Assembly: GCA_051530055.1 (NCBI GenBank)
Contig: JBMGUZ010000093.1
Span: forward strand, 1 to 7,570
Source of the DNA: Neoechinorhynchus agilis
Taxonomy: Eukaryota > Animalia > Acanthocephala
Length of the DNA stretch: 7,570 bases
Direction of reading: 5' to 3'
This document shows positions 1-6,921 of the stretch, piece after piece. A program made the translations under genes and the position numbers. Position 1 is the first letter of the stretch, and the number at the start of each line of letters is the position of its first letter. Under the pieces are notes generated by a model that worked only from the letters and a program-made list of their open reading frames with translations, ran no database searches and was not told the origin of the DNA.

Positions 1-37
1 TGAGCAAACTCATCTAACAGCACAAATACTCGTGTAG

Positions 38-193
38 GCGTTTTGGGTTTACTCCTTCGATAAGGTGATGTACCAAGTTGGAACCGAAGTCGAACTACTT
101 GAAGATGGCCTAAAAGTTATCACATACAATCCTAACTATTATAAACGAAAGCAGAGAAAGTGCAAGAAAAAAAAGAAACGAGGAAAGAAATAA
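38..193 (+). CDS. Probable 3'-terminal coding exon of an upstream gene; unknown product with a Lys-rich C-terminal tail
   Basis: Positions 1-37 look like an intron end (TGAGC..., CTAAC branch-like motif, TGTAG acceptor at 33-37). An open frame follows, AFWVYSFDKVMYQVGTEVELLEDGLKVITYNPNYYKRKQRKCKKKKKRGKK*, with TAA at 191-193 and AATAAA at 260-265. No family recognised. Confidence 0.45.
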   Translation, partial: AFWVYSFDKVMYQVGTEVELLEDGLKVITYNPNYYKRKQRKCKKKKKRGKK

Positions 194-259
194 TCGTTAT
201 TGGTAGACCTTAGTTTACGTAGTTCATTTAGCTCTAGAATTCCTCTTAGAATCCATCAC

Positions 260-265
260 AATAAA
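260..265 (+). promoter_or_regulatory. Candidate polyadenylation signal for the upstream gene
   Basis: AATAAA about 67 nt after the TAA at 191-193. The hexamer is common in AT-rich DNA. Confidence 0.3.
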
Positions 266-1813
266 TTAGTTTTTGCAATTGGCAATGCCGCATGATATTG
301 ACCAAGTGAAAACACCATAAAATAATTAAGCGAACTTGATAATACTTATTTAAAGTAATCGCCATTATCGGAAATGTAAATCGCTATTTCGACATTCTAT
401 TCGCTCTACTTATCACGTTTTATCTTTCTTTATGAAACAATGGTTGACAAAAGTACATGAACTTTAATCTTACGAAAATTTCAGGTGCTGTTTTTATTGT
501 AGAAATTTCTTTTTCTGATTATAACTGACTCGATTCCACTAAATTTTTTTCAGATTTTGTTGTCGTCAAATACATGAACCTGAATTTTAAGTCTTGGCAT
601 TTTCGAAAATGCAATTATCTAAAAAAGGAAATCGATAGTTAAACAGCGTGATTCAGAAACTTAATAGCATCAATAAATTGTCCTTTGTTTTGATGTGATC
701 CAATTTAAGAAATATTCCAACGAGTACCCAAATCATCTTTAAGGTTAATGACAGATACTTCCAATCACTATTACTTGGTTAAAATCCGAAGCGTCGTAAT
801 CGTTATCTTCAATTAATCTGTAAAATTTTCAAACAAATCCGAATATCATAAGAATTATACATACATTCACAATGATTTCTTAGCGAAACAAAGCTCATGA
901 CTTCGTTTAATCATTTTAGATAAAAGCAAATCGAAAAATCGTGGAATTGGGTTGTGACTCTAAACTTTAAGCGCCTCGCGGCGAAAAAATGCAATTTAAG
1001 TCACTTGAGTCTCCTGTTGTAGACGCTGCTGGCAATATAATCAAGCATTCCCCCAACCAAAATTCTTTAAGTTTTTGGGTTTTTTACTGAAAAAACTGGA
1101 AAAATGAAAAGTCACTACTGAATTGCACTTGTTGTTAGGAATGATTATTAAATTAAACTGGAAGAGAGGACTGATAAGGTACTGCAACACTACCATTTAA
1201 TTAAAGAATTTACTATCGCATGAGTTTAGGCCATTAAAGAATTAATGCTTTCAATAAAGTTCAAATTTGCAACGGCTCGCCCATTTAAATACCTGAATCA
1301 TCGCAACGAAATAAATTTATTACTTCATAAAATTTAAGGATTTTGTATTCTTATTGAAGCGGAGTAATTGTCTTGTAGCTTCAGAATTAAGCATTCAAGC
1401 AGTAACGAAACAATCATTCTATTACGATTTGTTCCAAGATACAAAAATTTCATTCTGAAAAAATTGAAACACTTAGTTGAAAGAAATTTCGAAAAGCACA
1501 AAAGATCATTTGCGTTCACGGTGAGACGCGTTTTACAAGCAACGACTAAATCATTCCTAGTCAAAACAACTATATTCTTTGTCTTTCTCTATTGTTTCAA
1601 TACTTAAATTATAAATTAGCAAAATACCAGGCCTGCTTTTTGATTGGTGGATCTTAATTTCAATGAGAATAACGAAAATTTCTCATAGGTTATTACTGAA
1701 TAACGAATTTCGAAAAATCAAAGAAAAAGAACTCAAGCAAAAATACTAAATTTATATCAGATTTTGTTCACCTGTGTTAAATCTCTTTTAAAATGACAAC
1801 GATCATAAATATG

Positions 1814-1819
1814 TTTATT
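1814..1819 (-). promoter_or_regulatory. Candidate polyadenylation signal of the C1GALT1-like gene
   Basis: AATAAA on the - strand 10 nt after the TAA stop at 1832-1830. Confidence 0.45.
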
Positions 1820-1829
1820 AATAAAAATT

Positions 1830-2767
1830 TTACTGACAAAAGGCATCAATTAGTTGTTTGTAATTAAGCATATCCTCTGGCGAAACATAGTGGAACGAAA
1901 TTACGTTCTTTGTGCAGAAACCAGCTCCCTAAAATTAGATAATAGGTGCAAATTATTTATGTATCATTCTCTACGAACCGTTTTGATTGCAGTACGATTC
2001 ATTTGAAACATCCAGTCAGGAATTGTATTGTTCATGAAACGTTGCAGTGAAAGTGGATGGAAGAGAAAAGATCCGTTTTCCTCGACAGCATTTCCAAAAG
2101 GCACATCAGAACTATTGAGGCAAAACGAGAACGCAAGATCCTCTGCACCTGTTTCATGTCCTTCCAAGGTACACCATTTATTAGTTCTAAATTGAACTTT
2201 TCCCAGGGCGGCTCTACTGATCACATATCCGGCACCCCCACTAAAATGGGTTTTAAACCTGTATCCATATGCGATTGGCTCAGATGAATTTTTAACAGAT
2301 AGAAATTTTTCAAGATTCGCCGTGTGAATAAATGTGTCATCATCCGCTTTAAGAATCCACGGGCACTGGTCCTTTAAATTGTCTCGAATGTATTCCATTC
2401 CCATCAATGTTCTCTCATACAGATATTGATGATCTGTGTGCTGGGAGTTAAGGAAGATAACATCTTCGTTCTTGTGTGCAACTTGTTGAATCTCGTTAAG
2501 ACTTGGACCAATGACCAAAAGTGGTTTGCATTCCTTTGCCCATGCTTCGTAAGTACTATTAAATTTCTTGAACTCTTTTGGATTAACCGTCAAAATGCAG
2601 CAAAACGTGAATCCTTGTGTTGGTATCAGAATTTTAGGAAAATCACGAATAGTTACTTTTAAATCGAACCAATAAACAAGCGCCGAGAAGATCGTTAGTG
2701 CTGCAGCGGCTAAACAAGCTACTTTTGTTCGTCGATAATTGATTTTATACGAGAGGGTGTTAAACAT
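1830..2767 (-). CDS. C1GALT1: Glycoprotein-N-acetylgalactosamine 3-beta-galactosyltransferase 1-like (GT31, T-synthase-like), 2 exons: 2767-1979 and 1928-1830, 295 aa
   Basis: Type II membrane N-terminus (VACLAAAALTIFSALVYWF) and C1GALT1-family motifs FCCILT, WAKEC, WILKADDDTF (DxD), SGGAGYVISRAAL, EDLAFSFCL, FHP. A 50-bp phase-0 intron (1978-1929, GTTCGT...CTAATTTTAG) joins a last exon GAGFCTKNVISFHYVSPEDMLNYKQLIDAFCQ*, which carries the family SFHY motif. The first real ATG is at 2767; the ORF track's 2776 start is a TTG. Ortholog versus paralog status is not resolved. Confidence 0.9.
1929..1978 (-). other. Spliceosomal intron (50 bp) of the C1GALT1-like gene
   Basis: GTTCGT donor, CTAAT branch-like motif, TTTTAG acceptor. 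Removing it restores the conserved ISFHY C-terminus in frame. Confidence 0.85.
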
Positions 2768-3396
2768 TGTTACCAACTCGTATCAAAATACCTGAACTCG
2801 GCTCTCGTTTAGATTGTTGGTTGCTTACCACTTATTTTATGCTAGACAGAACTATTATAACCGTGTAATATATAATCTGAAATCGGTCGGAGTACCGAAT
2901 TCGTCTATTTAAAACAAGTGAAAAGTAGATACAGGAAAGTAAAATTCTTGCTTTACAAAAGATGACACGAAATTTTTTGCAGGCAGATGTGACTCAAGAT
3001 AACTCTTTAAGTTCAATATTAATAGCTGTTCATCTTATAATCGATTACACGGATATAGTAAATAACATACATCTCGGTGTTGGCCAATAAATAATAATCG
3101 TACCCTTTTTAATCTCTTAAAGTTTAGTTATACATTTCTAAATCGCGCAAATCGATGAAGGTTTTAGATTGCACATGCAGTTTACTTGCACGTCGGCTTC
3201 GCTTTTTAATGAGACATCATCGTCTGCCCGCTATTGAACCTAGCCTCAATTCCTGAGAACATTTTATAGCCTCAATTTTATGAAATAAAATGCTGTAACT
3301 TGCAACACTTTTTAATTGTAAAATATTTCGAAATCAACGCTTAAATATTCATCATGCGAGCAAAATCTATATGCTAACAACATTAAACCTCAATAT

Positions 3397-5045
3397 TCAG
3401 ATGTATTTCTTATGTTTTGAAGAATTCACATAATCTTCTTTTCCTGCATTTTTTGCTCGAACGCATCCATTACCAAACACAAAGTCTTTTCCTTCAATTT
3501 GCGCAACAATCGCTGATAGCTCAAATCTGTATCTTTTCTGCTGCCGTCTGTATTTTACGTATTTGCAGCAAATAATCGATTGTTGTTCCCCATCCAAAGA
3601 ATTATGTACCGAAATATCATCGTCTGAATTTAAGGGATCATCCTCTACGCCATAAGATTCAACCTTACACAAATAGTCCTTAAAAATGTCGTCCGTGTTG
3701 CCCATTGTGAGACATTTCTTCAAGTCTGGGTTGAGACTTTTATCGTTAATTCCACAATCACGAATGATACAATTTACATCGATTCCCTTGTCAATATTTT
3801 CCATTGTTTCAAACTTTGAAACGCTATTTTTACGCTGCTTAAATTCATTGAGATAATGCATAGTTTCTTGTTCATCAAAATCTATATCCTCGTTCATATT
3901 AATTTCTCCTTTCGAACGATTAGTTATTACAGCGCAGAACGGTTCGATCCCTAATTCAACCGAATCTCTATCCTTTGTATTTTTACATTTTGAGTGATCT
4001 ATCTTAGACCGATCCATAGAGGACTTCTCGATACAATCAATATCTACCGTGCTTGAACTTGAAAGATTGTAGATGATTTCACTACTCCGCCTCACATTTC
4101 TATCTAAAAATTCACAATGAATTATGAAAATTCTATCCAAGTTAGTTTTTACCATCGCCATGCGGTGCTCTTTCCTTTCTACAAACGAACGCCTCTTTTT
4201 GGGTATTTAACAATAACATAGAGTCGTCCAGATTGTTCGCTTGGTCAGCCTCATGCTGTTCGCAACAAGGGAATGAATCCTCGAATTTAAAGCACATAAG
4301 CGAATCCATTCGCCTGACTTTTGATTCTAGGCATTCGCAGTTTATCGTCAGGAAGTGTCTGAAATCACCTCTTACCGCTACCATTTACAACGACTTCCTT
4401 TTCCTCGATGTTTTCATCATTTTGAGCATTGTATAACAGTACTGCATCATATATGATGCTCGCTTGATTCCATTCTCTTTCAGGCCAGTAGCCATGTCTG
4501 TTGCCAAGGTTGAGGTGTTGGTGCAGCTCTTCGTGTAATCGCTGATGCATTTTGTTGTGTTCTTGTCCACTGTGATTTCCATTAATATGCGAAAATATAT
4601 TTTGGAAAGAACATTCACAATTCACATTAGACGACTCGCATTCGCTTTTTAAATTCTTAGAAGAGAAGCGTGGACAATCTTCAACTAATAGCAATATTAT
4701 AAGATCTAAAGATGGATATCATTATTCAAATTAACCTTTCACTTTGGCTTCAATTGCGGATTGCTCTGTAAGTTTCACCTGCCATCTCTATTCTTTGGTA
4801 TAGAGGTACTAATTAGAAAACCCGTCTTACCCTAGACACGAGTTTAAGGAGTTCATCGCTGCACACACTTTCTTTACGAAGTATTGAAAGAAGTTGTGAG
4901 ATCAATCCTCGATAAATTCGCCTCTAATGATCTGATTAGTCGATTGGTAGTATCGAGAATGACATACTGTTCTTATCTTGGATTGCTCCATATAAACTCT
5001 CCGACGAAGACCTCTTCGTCCGACCCATTTAACGTCTTTTTTCAT
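3397..5045 (-). CDS. GTF2A1: Divergent transcription initiation factor IIA large subunit (TFIIA alpha/beta, GTF2A1/ALF/TOA1-like), 6 exons: 5045-4968, 4923-4831, 4787-4736, 4684-4376, 4326-4153, 4103-3397; 470 aa
   Basis: The C-terminal block VEDDPLNSDDDIS...QSIICCKYVKYRRQQKRYRFELSAIVAQIEGKDFVF matches the recalled TFIIA beta module (EEEPLNSEDDVS...NVVVCQYDKIHRSKNKWKFHLKDGIMNLNGRDYIF). Spliced exons 2-3 give RRIYRGLISQLLSILRKESVCSDELLKLVSRRWQVKLTEQSAIE, matching the TFIIA alpha module (PKLYRSVIEDVI...EQVLMELKTLWENKLMQSRAVD). Five GT-AG introns (44, 43, 51, 49, 49 bp) all have compatible phases. An alternative start is the ATG at 4991, and intron 3 has an alternative in-frame acceptor at 4706. 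The symbol denotes family; orthology is uncertain. Confidence 0.8.
3400..4103 (-). CDS. Last exon of the TFIIA-L-like gene (acidic linker plus beta-barrel module)
   Basis: TTTTTAG acceptor at 4104 in phase 1; contains PLNSDDD and the CCKYVKYRRQQKRYRF block; TGA at 3399-3397. Confidence 0.85.
4736..4787 (-). CDS. Exon 3 of the TFIIA-L-like gene (W-x-x-K-L motif)
   Basis: 52 nt, flanked by AATAG acceptor and GTTAAT donor; encodes RWQVKLTEQSAIEAKVK, equivalent to the conserved LWENKL. Confidence 0.7.
4831..4923 (-). CDS. Exon 2 of the TFIIA-L-like gene (N-terminal helical alpha module); absent from the ORF track
   Basis: 93 nt, flanked by CATTAG acceptor and GTAAGA donor; encodes RRIYRGLISQLLSILRKESVCSDELLKLVSR. 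Confidence 0.75.
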
Positions 5046-5084
5046 TTCTGTTTGAAATGTTCTAAAAGGACACACATTGAAGGG

Positions 5085-5264
5085 ATGTGGTTAAGATTCC
5101 CTAAAACCCCAAAACAACCCTTAGAACGCCATTCGTTGTGTCATTTTGTAGAGGATACATAAATAACATACTTTATGTGGCATAGATTCGTAAAAACCTC
5201 AAAATAACTCATAGAACGCGATTCGTTATATCATTTTTTAGAGGATGCGCAAATAACAACCTTC
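5085..5264. repeat. Tandem duplication of a 90-bp unit (2 full copies, plus a degenerate partial third to about 5290)
   Basis: 5085-5174 versus 5175-5264 align without gaps at 70/90 identities by hand, e.g. TAGAACGCCATTCGTTGTGTCATTTTGTAGAGGAT vs TAGAACGCGATTCGTTATATCATTTTTTAGAGGAT. Confidence 0.9.
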
Positions 5265-5335
5265 CTATTTGCAATAAATTACGTAAACTCTTTTGTCGAG
5301 CAAATGACGATTTTTTGTTTAATAATATAACTTAC

Positions 5336-5770
5336 ATGATAAAAGTAACGCTTTCTAGCAGTCTTGAACTGTTACTGTCCTGTTTCCCTCTCGTTCGATA
5401 TTCACCTCTTTATCTGCGACAAAGTTTAGACTGTAGAGTATAAAATCTTTGGACCTGTACCACTGTTGGTTGACTCCCAAATCTGTTACATTGAACGGTA
5501 TTTTAACAGCCTCCCAGCTTTAATAAAACATTTAAGAGTACAACGTTTTAAATTATTTTTTGTTAAAATTTTCCCTTTGGTGCACAAGGACATGGACGCT
5601 GTAGTTGTGAAGATTTTGCTATTGACAAAGTGAATAATAAACATAGCTTTTTTTATGAAATTAATCGGCATAATGCGGACTTCATTCATGTAACTGAACG
5701 ATCAAATGAATGTATTTTATTGAACATAATAGAAGGGCACTTAGGAATATGCTTCCCGTATATCATTTAA
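5336..5770 (+). CDS. Speculative small 3-exon gene (5336-5392, 5430-5544, 5589-5770; about 117 aa), unknown function
   Basis: Two overlapping stop-free stretches (5430-5633 and 5567-5770) can be joined by a 44-bp GT-AG intron (5545-5588). A 37-bp intron (5393-5429) links them to an ATG at 5336. No recognisable motif; splice sites are weak. Confidence 0.2.
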
Positions 5771-6159
5771 ATAACGGACACATGAACTCAATTTTTATAT
5801 AACGATCAACATTCTTTAAAGAAATCTACAATTAAAGATCTTTTAATTTTTCACCTCCCATTCATAAAATCCAAGCTACGTCAATGGAGAACAATTCTTT
5901 GATTTCCGTAGCTTAACACCTTTCACACGTCTACCGATTCGATTTCATTGGAAAAACCCATATATATTTTATTTTTTATTTCATAAAATTATCAGCTACG
6001 CTAATACTAATGAAGTGATCCGAGAAATGCATCGATATAAAACCGATCGCGTGAGTAAACATGGTAACCGGGACATCTATTTTATTTACAAATAAAATTA
6101 TCGAATGACTTCTGACCAACCGTTGGAGCGATTGTTAATTATTTATTAGGATCGGCACT

Positions 6160-6403
6160 ATGGAGATTTCATGCAAGATCACATTCGATTAGAACGATAT
6201 TCTCGTAGCCAATAAGTGTAAAAGCTGGGAATTTTATCATTAAGGAGGGTGACGAAGGTGATAGTGAGACCGGACAATGGAGGGAAACAAGGCTAGTTTC
6301 GGCCTCACTATCACCTTCCTTAATGATAACATTCCCAGCTTTCACACTTATTGGTTACGAGAATATCGTTCTAATCGAATGTGATTTTTCATGAAATCTC
6401 CAT
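6160..6403. repeat. Long inverted repeat (fold-back): arms 6160-6274 and 6298-6403, 23-nt loop
   Basis: The reverse complement of the right arm matches the left arm over 106 nt with 7 substitutions and one 9-nt indel (6246-6254 present only in the left arm). Confidence 0.97.
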
Positions 6404-6582
6404 GTCACCACATTTTCCCCGAAATTCGCGATTATTTTCTTTGCGCTTAATTCAAAGTCCAATGACACCCTTTTGTCCGTTCTCTTCTTTGTGAGAGTAA
6501 ACTGGAGGCCTAAGTTCAACACTTCATTTTCCTCACTAGTAAACGACCTCTTCGTTTTGCTAATGATGCCATTCGGTATTGT
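6298..6582 (-). mobile_element. Degenerate Penelope-like retroelement (PLE) ORF fragment from the region N-terminal to the RT domain
   Basis: The - strand frame gives PNGIISKTKRSFTSEENEVLNLGLQFTLT (6561-6499 core), resembling the recalled PLE motif NLS...L(S/T)..E..vL.kGl.F. About 60 codons later, after an in-frame TAA at 6357, it gives VKAGNVIIKEGD; the left-arm copy reads NFIIKEGDEGDS, resembling the PLE IIKPADKGNS motif. No ATG and no RT catalytic motifs are present. Confidence 0.55.
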
Positions 6583-6921
6583 CTAATCCTTCCCTGCTCG
6601 GTCGGATCGTCAATGATTCATCTGAGTCTCTTCGACAATCGCTTGATCAGGTCTTGAGATGCGGTACCGAATGACTAGAGTAACGGGGCGCCAAAAGGAA
6701 GAGCATTTAAAGTTTAAAAAGGTTTTTGAGATAGTTGACCTCGACAGATCATGATTTTTTTGATAAACAAAAATAAACAATAAATCTTTGTTGTTTCCAT
6801 CAAAATTCCAAACAATAAGAAAAACAGATTTGTACGGAAAATGCTTAAAGTTTGATACGAATGTGATTCAAGAATATCTTGCATCTATCCAAAACTCCGA
6901 CAGATTTACCGATAACGTCTA

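Noticed and set aside
1334-1607. ORF-track ORFs 1334-1564 (-) and 1368-1607 (+)
   Set aside because: They overlap on opposite strands, begin at non-ATG codons and have no recognisable motif. The TTTTTTCAG-ATG at about 1455 (-) gives only a 39-aa peptide with no support.
2057-2662. + strand ORFs 2057-2287 and 2426-2662
   Set aside because: Antisense shadows of the C1GALT1-like exon.
3241-3277. 11-bp direct repeat TAGCCTCAATT
   Set aside because: Two short copies with no element structure between them.
4359-4375. 17-nt GTAAGA...TTTCAG mini-intron in the TFIIA-like gene
   Set aside because: Too short, and it leads to a stop; the 49-bp intron ending at 4327 keeps the frame.
4233-5162. ORFs 4233-4436 (+), 4884-5162 (+) and 4385-4618 (-)
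   Set aside because: Antisense or off-frame shadows of the TFIIA-like gene. 4385-4618 (VLSKIYFRIL) looked superficially like a TFIIA N-terminus, but the spliced exons 2-3 fit much better and keep splice phase.
5486-5689. - strand 67-aa ORF
   Set aside because: No motif, and expected by chance; it overlaps the equally speculative + strand model.
6285-6320. TGAGGCCGAAAC on the - strand resembles part of a hammerhead ribozyme, which PLEs often carry
   Set aside because: The CUGANGA core is absent (GTGATAGTGA instead) and no stem II partner precedes GAAAC; the bases are explained as PLE codons and hairpin stem.
6160-6403. MITE interpretation of the inverted repeat
   Set aside because: No clear target-site duplication, and the right arm continues directly into PLE-like coding sequence beyond the repeat end.
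6855-6885. Short matches (ATGCAAGAT, ATCACATTCG on the - strand) to the hairpin arm, and TTAGAACG shared between the 90-bp repeat and the hairpin
   Set aside because: Only 8-10 nt and not extendable; compatible with chance in AT-rich DNA.
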